Assembly: GCA_048478035.1 (NCBI GenBank)
Contig: DBGBCW010000015.1
Location: 29,962-93,961, forward strand
Reading direction: 5' to 3'
Length of the DNA: 64,000 nt
DNA from: Collinsella aerofaciens
GTDB lineage: Bacteria; Actinomycetota; Coriobacteriia; Coriobacteriales; Coriobacteriaceae
The translations under genes and the position numbers were made by a program. Of this stretch, positions 26,136 to 34,461 are shown piece by piece. Below the pieces are notes generated by a model. The model was not told where the DNA came from and did no database searches. It saw nothing but the letters and a program-made list of their open reading frames with translations. The stretch's first letter is position 1. Each line of letters begins with the position of its first letter.

Positions 26136-29100
26136 ATGAGTCCACTCCACTCGAATAAAGCGAGGTCCCTCATGTACGTTCCACACCCCCGTATCCGTAG
26201 GCTGTCGAAAATCCCGCTTGTTGGGACGGCGGCGCTTGCTGCGTTGATCGCCACGAGCGTCGCCTGCTTCACGGCCACGCCCCAGGTTGCCCAGGCGGCA
26301 GACGCGCCCGCAATCACCGATATGACCGAGCAGGATTATCAAGCCCTGGGTCTGGGCACGAGCGAGGACATTCCGGCCGATACCATTGGCCCCTATTCCA
26401 CTGATACCCCCACGACGTTTGCCACGCGCAGCGAGGTCTATATGGCAGCTAACGGTAGCCATGGCAATCGCTACACTCTGCGCGACAAGCTCGAGAACGT
26501 CGAGCGCGGTGACATTGGCGGCAGCAGCAAACTCACCGATGGCTATGGAAGTGTGTGGGGCGCCGCAAAGTTCTGGCAAAACGTCAACAACTTCGATACG
26601 AACAGCGATCTCTACAAGCATAGCGACTACGGTGGCGGCACCTGGTCGTACCTAAGCAACAATGAGTCCTCAACAGTACTCGCCAACGACAACAACGGTT
26701 TCTCGGGCATTCACGCCACGAGTGTTGAGTTCTGCAGCGACGCCAGCACGGGCAAAAAGAGCCGCGTTGCCGAGCTCCGTGCCTACGGCGACAGTTCCTC
26801 CACGACGATTGACGGCAAGTCATACGCCGGAAAGGTTGAGCTGGTCCTCTACTCGTTTAGCAACGGGCGTACGCGCACTCTCGACACACACCTGCCGGTG
26901 ACGGTCAACACTAATATGATGTACGAAGGCCGTTTTAAGTACCTGGATGCCGGTTACCTGCAAGAGCACGACGCCGTCTTTGATGTCGAGGCGGGCGATG
27001 TCGATGGCGACGGCATCGACGAGCTTTTTGTCTACGCGGGCTGCTATGTCGACGAGAACGGCGTGCGCAAGGCTGTAGTCGACATGTATGACTTGGAGGG
27101 CGGCAACTGGAAGCAAAGCGTCGTCAAGATCGATGCCGGTAACGCCGTGGACTACACCACGCACAACAAGGGCGGGAACGACTCCTGGACGCAGCTTCAG
27201 TCAGCTCCTGTCGTTTCGCTAGCGGCCGGCGACCTCGATCGCGATTTTTGCGATGACCTCGCCATCGTGGTCTCGGCACCCTACGGCAAGAAGAATATTG
27301 ATAAGTCGACGCATTGCGAGCTGTTTTCGTGGGATGCATCCAAGGGTGCGCTCGTCCATGTCGATGCTCTGGGCGACGCGGGCGCAATCTCCCTCTCCGC
27401 GAACGGCAAGACCATGGTCGCTGCGAATGCGACGTTCGGCACGTTTGCCGCCTACGATGAAGAAGGAAAGAAGACGGGTGAAACCGTCACGGGCCTTATT
27501 CTTGCGGGCTATGACTGGCAACGCAGCGCTTTTGATTACGGCGCTTCTGACGGCAGCAAGGGGCTGTACGGCGCGCTGTACCGCTACGCGTATTTTGACT
27601 CGGAGTCTGGCGAGTTCAAGCTTTCCGATTGCAAGGAATACAGAGACGGGCTCCTCGCCTCCTATGGGCTGATGCATGTGCCCAACAGCGCATGGAAGGA
27701 TAGCGCTCAGGATAAGCGCTATCCGTGCACCTTGGCGCCTATTGCCCTTGCCACTGCCAACCTTGACGGCCTGTCCGAGCAGCTGGCGGTCGACGAGGTG
27801 CTCGTGGGCGGCGATGTGTTCCGCGACTTTGCCTGCAACACGGCACAGAGCGGGGCTCAGGGCTTGGGGTCCATGGTCGGAACCATGAGCATGAGCGGTC
27901 AGCAATACAACAGCAGCAACAAGCATGACCACAAGGGTATAGAGCAGGTGTGGATCAGCGACGTCAAAGCGGGCAGCGTCTCGGGTTCGGACCGCTATAA
28001 CGAGAGCTTTATCGCTGTGGTGGGCAAACACCGCGACGAGGACCTGCGCAAGAACGATGACTACTATTGGATGACCGCCTCGCATTTTTCGCTCGACGAG
28101 AACGGAAAGGTGCGCCGCGGCGAGGAGCAGGTGATTAGCGAGAGCAACCGTCGCGGCACTACCTACGGCACATTTATCTCGCTCGCGCTGCCCGATGTCG
28201 ACAACGACAGCGTCAAGATCACGTACAAGGATCGCTACAAGGTCTATACCAACCCGCGCGTGCTTGCCGTGCTGCAGGATGCGCCCTATGTTGAGGATCT
28301 GGAGCAGGCATACGGCTATCTGGTGTTGGGCGGCACGTCATACGGAGAGGAAAAGGGCACGGGGACATCCCAGGGCTATACCATTGGCGCCGAGTTGGGC
28401 GTTGCCGTCGAGGTGCAGACCGGTCCGCCCCTGGTCGCGATGAATGCTTCAGTCGATTTTGCCGCCGAGGGATGCTATGACTACCGGAGCGAGCGCACGG
28501 TCAGCGCAAGCGTAAGCTATGAGTCGCATGCCGGCGAGGGTGACAAGGCCGTGCTCTACACGATTCCGATGGTCTATTACGAGTATGAGATCGAAAATGA
28601 GGAAACTGGTGGCAAGGGCGTGATGGCGGCGCCCGTGTCGCTCGGCGCGCAGACCTCGGTCGTTAATGTCGAGGCCTATGACCGCATTGCCAAACAGCAC
28701 AATATGACGCCGCTCAGCTACTTTTTGACCAACCGGTCGGGAGAACCCGGAACCTATCAAACGACGCTCAACGGCGAGACTCCCGTTGGGGATTCCTTTG
28801 GCCTGGGCAAGCCTGGCGTAACGCGCGCCTACACGCACGATGGGTTTAACGGCGCCGCCGCGCAGTCGGGGGCGAGCATTGAGCAGACCATCGAAGTCGA
28901 AGAGGGCAAGGAGCAGGAGCTCGAGCTCGGCTTGACGCTGAACGGCAGCGTTGTCATGGGCGCGAAGCTCGCAAAGCACGAGTTGTTTGGCGGCCTGTGC
29001 TTTGGTGCCAACGCCGGCTTTACTACGGGTAACTCCTCGAGTGAATCGACCGAATACGGCGGCACCGTCGACAACCTGCCCGAGGCCGCGCAGGGCAAGT

Positions 29101-30260
29101 ACGGTTTTGTGTGGCGTCTGGGCGTCAACGCGGTGGATGTCGACAAGTTCGAGGCAGACTCGGGCGACAAGCTCGGCACCAAGGACACCGACCAGTTCTG
29201 GATCGTGGGCTATGACGTTAAGGACGTCGAGATGCCCGACGCGCCGGCCGTGACGGGCTTTACGGCAAACGCTGTTGATTCGACAAGCATTACCTTTAGC
29301 TGGGACGATGTGCTCTCAAAGAAGGACGGCTTTAGCTACGGCGTGGGCATGCTGCAGAGTAATGCAGCGGACGCGGTTGTGAACAGCTGGAAGATCGCCG
29401 ACAACACGCAGGCCTCGCTTAAGTGGGATGGGCTGTTGCCGAATACGGAGTATCGATTCGCCATCGCCGCCGTTAAGAATGATTCAACGGCCGAAACGGG
29501 TATTCGCTCGGCGATCATCACGGTCAAGACCATGCCCGATGGCATGACGATGACCGTGAGCGGACCTGCGGCGGATACAGCGGAGGGGTCGGATCTTGGA
29601 TACGACTCTTCGGTTGAGCGCGCGGCGGGAAGCTACCTGACGCTCTCGGCGATTGGCCATGTGAAGCAACTCGGTGCCGACGATAGCGAAACAGGGCTGG
29701 CACCGACCTATATGTGGTACCGCAAGGGCCGCGGCGAGACAGAGTTTAAGCTCGTGGGTGCCGATGGCAACCTCGCGGCTGGAACGGCCTCAAAGCTCGA
29801 GATTGACCTGACCGCAGACGATGACGGTGCGCAGTATTACTGCCACGTGGGATACAACGACGTGGGCCTCGACACCGGCACGACGCTCGTGAATATCGAG
29901 GCCGAGGAGACGGCGCCCACAACGGTGAACGCCACCCCGATCCGCACGCGCCGCCTGTTCTCACAGGCAAGTGCGGGCGCCAAGAAGTTCCTGGACCATA
30001 CGCTGGTAAACACCGCCGGCCCAACCGATTCCGAAGGCTCAAAGGACCCCGAGACTCCTGAGACCCCGACGAACCCGGACAAGCCCAAGTCCGACAACGG
30101 AGCTAAGACCGACACCAAGGTCAAGACTACGACCACAGCGAAGAACCTCGCAAACACCGGCGACCAAACATTCGCCCTAGTCGCCACCGCAGCAGCAGCG
30201 GGAGCAACGCTCGTAGTGATAGCCCTCATCATGCTGATCAAGCGCCGCAAGACCCACTAG
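26136..30260 (+). CDS. Large LAxTG-anchored surface protein with FG-GAP/VCBS-like repeats and an FN3-like domain
   Basis: Signal peptide (LVGTAALAALIATSVACFTATPQVAQA). Asp-rich repeats DVDGDGIDELFV and AAGDLDRDFCDDLAIV. FN3-like segment SITFSWDD...LPNTEYRFAIAAV. C-terminal LANTG, TM helix and KRRK. Alternative start is ATG 26172. Confidence 0.85.
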   Translation: MSPLHSNKARSLMYVPHPRIRRLSKIPLVGTAALAALIATSVACFTATPQVAQAADAPAITDMTEQDYQALGLGTSEDIPADTIGPYSTDTPTTFATRSEVYMAANGSHGNRYTLRDKLENVERGDIGGSSKLTDGYGSVWGAAKFWQNVNNFDTNSDLYKHSDYGGGTWSYLSNNESSTVLANDNNGFSGIHATSVEFCSDASTGKKSRVAELRAYGDSSSTTIDGKSYAGKVELVLYSFSNGRTRTLDTHLPVTVNTNMMYEGRFKYLDAGYLQEHDAVFDVEAGDVDGDGIDELFVYAGCYVDENGVRKAVVDMYDLEGGNWKQSVVKIDAGNAVDYTTHNKGGNDSWTQLQSAPVVSLAAGDLDRDFCDDLAIVVSAPYGKKNIDKSTHCELFSWDASKGALVHVDALGDAGAISLSANGKTMVAANATFGTFAAYDEEGKKTGETVTGLILAGYDWQRSAFDYGASDGSKGLYGALYRYAYFDSESGEFKLSDCKEYRDGLLASYGLMHVPNSAWKDSAQDKRYPCTLAPIALATANLDGLSEQLAVDEVLVGGDVFRDFACNTAQSGAQGLGSMVGTMSMSGQQYNSSNKHDHKGIEQVWISDVKAGSVSGSDRYNESFIAVVGKHRDEDLRKNDDYYWMTASHFSLDENGKVRRGEEQVISESNRRGTTYGTFISLALPDVDNDSVKITYKDRYKVYTNPRVLAVLQDAPYVEDLEQAYGYLVLGGTSYGEEKGTGTSQGYTIGAELGVAVEVQTGPPLVAMNASVDFAAEGCYDYRSERTVSASVSYESHAGEGDKAVLYTIPMVYYEYEIENEETGGKGVMAAPVSLGAQTSVVNVEAYDRIAKQHNMTPLSYFLTNRSGEPGTYQTTLNGETPVGDSFGLGKPGVTRAYTHDGFNGAAAQSGASIEQTIEVEEGKEQELELGLTLNGSVVMGAKLAKHELFGGLCFGANAGFTTGNSSSESTEYGGTVDNLPEAAQGKYGFVWRLGVNAVDVDKFEADSGDKLGTKDTDQFWIVGYDVKDVEMPDAPAVTGFTANAVDSTSITFSWDDVLSKKDGFSYGVGMLQSNAADAVVNSWKIADNTQASLKWDGLLPNTEYRFAIAAVKNDSTAETGIRSAIITVKTMPDGMTMTVSGPAADTAEGSDLGYDSSVERAAGSYLTLSAIGHVKQLGADDSETGLAPTYMWYRKGRGETEFKLVGADGNLAAGTASKLEIDLTADDDGAQYYCHVGYNDVGLDTGTTLVNIEAEETAPTTVNATPIRTRRLFSQASAGAKKFLDHTLVNTAGPTDSEGSKDPETPETPTNPDKPKSDNGAKTDTKVKTTTTAKNLANTGDQTFALVATAAAAGATLVVIALIMLIKRRKTH

Positions 30261-30290
30261 TAGCCAGTCGAACATATCGACAACCCAAAA

Positions 30291-30330
30291 ACCCGGGTAG
30301 CCAAAAAACAGGCCACCCGGGTTTTCTGTT
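30291..30330 (+). terminator. Rho-independent terminator of the surface-protein gene
   Basis: acccgggtagcc / ggccacccgggt stem followed by tttctgtt. Confidence 0.8.
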
Positions 30331-30348
30331 GAGTGGAGACTCCGCAAG

Positions 30349-30703
30349 CGGAAACTGCATCCCGCAATTAGCGCCCGGAACGGGACACATTTTCCGTCAA
30401 GCCCTCATCCGGAAAATCCATCCCAGTTTGAGCGCCCAGACCGGGACGCACTTTCCCAAAGGGTTCTCAACGGGAAACTGCGTCCCATAATTAGGCCGAG
30501 AAATGGGATGAACTTTCCCAATGAGAGCCAACCGGAAACCACGTCCCAGAATCAGCCCCCAAAGTGGGACGCACTTTCCCAACGAGCCTCAACCGGAAAA
30601 TACATCCCGGAATCCAGCTGAATAGTGGGACACACTTTCCCAATCGGGTCCCAAGCGGAAACTGCATCCCATTCCAGACAAGAATTCTGGGACACGGTTT
30701 CCG
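30349..30703. repeat. Array 2: BIME-like tandem array, 6 units, 61-62-nt period
   Basis: R arms start at 30381, 30442, 30504, 30565, 30626 and 30688. L arms start at 30349, 30410, 30472, 30533, 30594 and 30656. Same consensus as array 1. Confidence 0.85.
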
Positions 30704-30788
30704 GATGCAAAAAGGCCACATGACGTGGCCTTCAACTTATATATGTTCAGCAGATGTCCCCATGACAAGCCGCGTTTCAACACTGAGG

Positions 30789-30919
30789 CGTCTGCCCGGC
30801 GACGCGGAACGTAAGGTTCATCGCGAGTTCCGCACGAGCCGGAGAGCACTTAATGTGCTCTCCGTGCGAGCAGGACTGTCCGAGCAGGGAACCTTACGTT
30901 CCGCGCCGCCGGGCAGACG
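30789..30919. repeat. P element copy 2, inverted relative to copy 1
   Basis: 31-nt arms 30789-30819 and 30889-30919 pair at 30 of 31 positions. Central hairpin ggagagcacttaatgtgctctcc (30841-30863). Shares gtgcggaactcgcgatgaac with copy 1 on the opposite strand. Confidence 0.7.
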
Positions 30920-30938
30920 AACCAGTTAAGACGCGCCG

Positions 30939-33239
30939 CTACTTGATCTTGGTCGTACCCGGCGCCAAGTTGGGGTCGGTCTCGTTGGCCTCGGTCTGGA
31001 AGTGCTCGGTGTACACGTTCTTGCCGTCGCGGAACATCTCGTAGTACTGCATCTTGGCGTAATCCTCGCGCGCCTTGGTGGCGGCTGCGGCTTCGGCGTC
31101 GTCACCGGTGACGTTGGAGGAGAGCGCCCAACGCAGGCTGGCGTCCTCGTAGCCCACGGAGTTGATAGCGGGCAGCGACTCGCGCAGCGTCACGTGCGCT
31201 TTCTGGTAGTCGGTCAGCGGTGCGCCGATCAGCTGCATCAGCTGCGTGGACAGGTAGTTGGTGGACAGGTCGTCGACCTCGCTTGTCTGGTCGCAGCCGG
31301 CAACGTCGTAGTTGGCCCAGATGATGTAGTCGGTCTGCCACAGACGTTCCTGGTGCGTGGCGTCGTCTTCGCCGGTAAACCACTTGTCGTTGAACTTGGA
31401 CGGGAAGAACGGCTGGTGGTCGCCCCAGAACACCACGACTACCTTACGGTCGAGCTTGCTCAGGGCGTTTAGGAAGTAGCGAAGCGCCTGGTCGGACTGC
31501 TCGATGCACGAGACATACTCGTCGACATCGGAGAGCGTGCCGTCCTCGACGGTCTTGGCATCCAGATCGGTCGTGTCGATATTCAGGTGCATCTGCTTAT
31601 CGACCGGCAGCAGACCCGTATCGTAGCCCGAGTGGTTCTGCATGGTCACGTCGAAGATAAACTGCGGATCGGCGTTCTGGTCGAGCAGCTCAAGAATCTT
31701 GTCGTAGGTAGCCTGGTCGGTCACCATGCCGCGCAAGGTGTCGGCTCCCTGGAAATCGTTGATGGACAGGAACTGGTCAAAGCCAAAGTCCTTGTAGACG
31801 TTCTCGCGGTTCCAGTTGGTTGCGTGATTGGGGTGCATAGCCGTGGTGGAATAGCCGAGCGATTTGAACTGCTCTGCCAGGTTCCCGGTCGTTTCCATGT
31901 TGTAGATGGTGTAGGGGTACACGCCCGAGCCGAGGTTGGCCATGGAGTTGCCGGTCATAAACTCAAACTCGGTATTGGCGGTGCCGCCGCCGTAGGCGCT
32001 CACGTAGAGCTTGCCGCGGCTGAGGCAGTTGGACAGGCTCTTAAAGTACTGCGGGCCCTCGTAGCCGGCGCGCATGTTCTGATAGATCGACAGATCCGAG
32101 AAGGTCTCGTTCATGATGGCGATGACCGTGGGCTTCTCGCTGTCGAACTGCTCCTTTGCGGCGGTGCGCTCGTCACTCTTGGCTGCGTCGGACTTGTCGT
32201 AGGTCTTGGCGTACTTTTTGAGCGTGGCCTTGGCATCGTCGACGGAGTAGTCGGCGGGTTTGGGCGGCTTGATGGACTGCGCTGCACTAATAAAGGCGGG
32301 CAGGTAGCCCTCGCGCCAGTAGCTCTCGAGCGGGCGCCAGGTATAGACGGTGATGCCGAGGGTGTTGTAGTAGTCGATGAGCGTGACGTGCGCGGTCACG
32401 CCGCCCAGGCACAGCACGGCGACGAGCAGATTGGTGAGCAGCATGCGCTTGGCGTTGGCGGCGCCCTTCTGACGGTGCGGTGCCACCAGGCCGGCGTACT
32501 CGCACAGCAGCATAGCGATGGCGGTAAAGCCCATGGACAGCACGCAGAACAGCGAGATGGAGAAGGTGTAGCCGGTGCCGGCGACCGCGGCGGCGGTGGA
32601 GATGGCCGAAAGGTCGCCCGGCTGGATGGGCATGGATTTAAACGTGATGACGAAGAACTCGGCAATGCCCAGGACAAAGAGGGCAAAGGCCAGGACCGCG
32701 GGAGCTGCGCCGTGGCGCTGGAACAGGAAGAACAGGCCGACCATGAGCGTGGTGATGATGGCCCACTCGAGCAGGATGCACAGGGGGTAGACCCAGGTAA
32801 AGTCGTGGTTGGACGAGACCTCCATGCCCAGCAGCGCAAAGACGCCGGCGAGCAGCAGGCACAGGACGGCGGCGACGAGCGGTTTGCCCACAAAGGCGCC
32901 GCGCAAACGAGCGAGCTTGCCGGTGGGGGTGGGCGCATCGGCCGAGGCGAACGCAAAGACGCGCGGGGCGATGCGGTCGCGGGCGATACTGGCCCAAGCG
33001 CAGCCGGTGAGGATGGCGTTGGTCAGGATGAGCATCACAAAGGCGAGCGGCTCGTTTTGGGCGACGAGGCCAATGGCGCCCCAAATGGTCAAAAAGAGCT
33101 GGAACAGGCCGAAGGCGACGCTCCACCCAAGAGCGCTTTTGGCAACGGTGCCCGACTGAGCGCGAATGGTCTTGGCCTCGCGCAAAACAAGGTAGACGGT
33201 CGCCGCAAGACCGACGAGCGAGATGGCGGCAGCGAACAT
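30939..33239 (-). CDS. LTA synthase family protein (multi-TM N-terminus plus extracellular sulfatase-type domain)
   Basis: About 9 TM helices, then a sulfatase/LtaS-like core (VIAIMNETFSDL, GGGTANTEFEFMTGNS, TAMHPNHATNWNR, MQNHSGY). GAGGAG RBS before ATG 33239. Confidence 0.85.
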   Translation of the reverse strand: MFAAAISLVGLAATVYLVLREAKTIRAQSGTVAKSALGWSVAFGLFQLFLTIWGAIGLVAQNEPLAFVMLILTNAILTGCAWASIARDRIAPRVFAFASADAPTPTGKLARLRGAFVGKPLVAAVLCLLLAGVFALLGMEVSSNHDFTWVYPLCILLEWAIITTLMVGLFFLFQRHGAAPAVLAFALFVLGIAEFFVITFKSMPIQPGDLSAISTAAAVAGTGYTFSISLFCVLSMGFTAIAMLLCEYAGLVAPHRQKGAANAKRMLLTNLLVAVLCLGGVTAHVTLIDYYNTLGITVYTWRPLESYWREGYLPAFISAAQSIKPPKPADYSVDDAKATLKKYAKTYDKSDAAKSDERTAAKEQFDSEKPTVIAIMNETFSDLSIYQNMRAGYEGPQYFKSLSNCLSRGKLYVSAYGGGTANTEFEFMTGNSMANLGSGVYPYTIYNMETTGNLAEQFKSLGYSTTAMHPNHATNWNRENVYKDFGFDQFLSINDFQGADTLRGMVTDQATYDKILELLDQNADPQFIFDVTMQNHSGYDTGLLPVDKQMHLNIDTTDLDAKTVEDGTLSDVDEYVSCIEQSDQALRYFLNALSKLDRKVVVVFWGDHQPFFPSKFNDKWFTGEDDATHQERLWQTDYIIWANYDVAGCDQTSEVDDLSTNYLSTQLMQLIGAPLTDYQKAHVTLRESLPAINSVGYEDASLRWALSSNVTGDDAEAAAATKAREDYAKMQYYEMFRDGKNVYTEHFQTEANETDPNLAPGTTKIK

Positions 33240-33453
33240 GCTGAGACTCCTCACAAACTTAAAACCTACGAAAGCGGGGGTTTACCCGATTGTTACCTAA
33301 ATATGCGCTGCATTTGCGGGCTGCGCACAACAACCAGCCATATTAACGCGCATGTGCGGCGGTGTGGCTCAATGCAGTGGCGACCTGCGCGATAATGGAC
33401 GGGAATTACACGGAAACGTAAAGGCTTCTTAAAGAATTAGCGAGGATGAGGCG

Positions 33454-34302
33454 ATGAACGAGCAGGTTTGCACCAAGGCTGTGGATACGTGTGGCTATCC
33501 GGTCGAGACCACGGGCAATGCGGTGCTGGACACGTTGGAGCACCGTTCCTCCACGCGTGCCTTCGCGCGTGATGACGACGATCGTCCCGTGGCGGTGACC
33601 GACGAGCGGCGGGCGGCGATTCTGCATGCGGCGAGCCGTGCGCCGTCGGCAGGCGCCATGATGATGTATTCCATCGTGAGCATTCGCGAGCAGGCTACGC
33701 TGGATCGTCTGGCCGACCTGTGCGACCACCAGCCCATGATCGCCAAGGCGCCCTGGGCACTAATATTTGTGGTCGATTATGCCAAGTGGATCGATCTGTT
33801 TGAGCACGTGGGCTGCTTTGAGCCCGAGTTTGTCGAGCGCACGGGTAAGGCGCCCCGCCGCGCGCCGGGTTTGGGCGACTTTGCCATCGCGGCCCAGGAC
33901 GCCGTGATCGCCGCGCAAAACGCCGTGGTCGCCGCCGAGGCCCTGGGGCTGGGGAGCTGCTACATCGGCGATGTTATCGAGAATGCCGAGGAAGTTGCCG
34001 GGCTGCTGGACTTGCCGCCCTATACCATGCCGCTGTCGATGCTCATCATCGGCACGCCCCGTAAGGAGCGTCCGGCCATTGCGCATCCCGTGGTGAACCT
34101 GGTGCACGAGGAGCGCTACTGCCGCGCCGATGCCGCGACCATGGACGCGCAGGTGGCCGAGATGGACGCGATGTTCCGTCCGCATGCCCGCGTGGTGGGG
34201 GAGCGCGTCGTGGACATCTATACCCGCAAGCACACGAGTCCCTTTATGGCCGAGATGAGCCGCTCCATGGAGTGGTGGTTCAAAAATTGGCTCGGAAAAT
34301 GA
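33454..34302 (+). CDS. Nitroreductase family protein
   Basis: Nitroreductase motifs (HRSSTRAF, APSAGAMMMYSIV, AAQNAVVAAEALGLGSCYIG). Confidence 0.8.
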   Translation: MNEQVCTKAVDTCGYPVETTGNAVLDTLEHRSSTRAFARDDDDRPVAVTDERRAAILHAASRAPSAGAMMMYSIVSIREQATLDRLADLCDHQPMIAKAPWALIFVVDYAKWIDLFEHVGCFEPEFVERTGKAPRRAPGLGDFAIAAQDAVIAAQNAVVAAEALGLGSCYIGDVIENAEEVAGLLDLPPYTMPLSMLIIGTPRKERPAIAHPVVNLVHEERYCRADAATMDAQVAEMDAMFRPHARVVGERVVDIYTRKHTSPFMAEMSRSMEWWFKNWLGK

Positions 34303-34306
34303 CGGA

Positions 34307-34335
34307 TGCGACAAAGAGACAGTCCCTTTGTCACA
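34307..34335. repeat. Conserved palindrome family copy
   Basis: tgcgacaaagagacagtccctttgtcaca, 5 nt after the nitroreductase stop codon. Confidence 0.7.
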
Positions 34336-34461
34336 TTCCATATCGCCGAGGTGGCTTAAAGGCCGTATAAATGTTTATCTAGCTGGGAAAACAGTGCCAT
34401 TCAAACATGGGCCGATTACCTATAATTCCTTCGAACATTAAAGTTGGGAGGAAACCGGCTT

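Noticed and set aside
34303-34461. c-di-AMP (ydaO/kimA-type) or other riboswitch upstream of kup
   Set aside because: The ~155-nt leader shows none of the conserved ydaO motifs or pseudo-symmetric helices that I can recognise. It contains only the palindrome-family copy and AT-rich promoter-like sequence.
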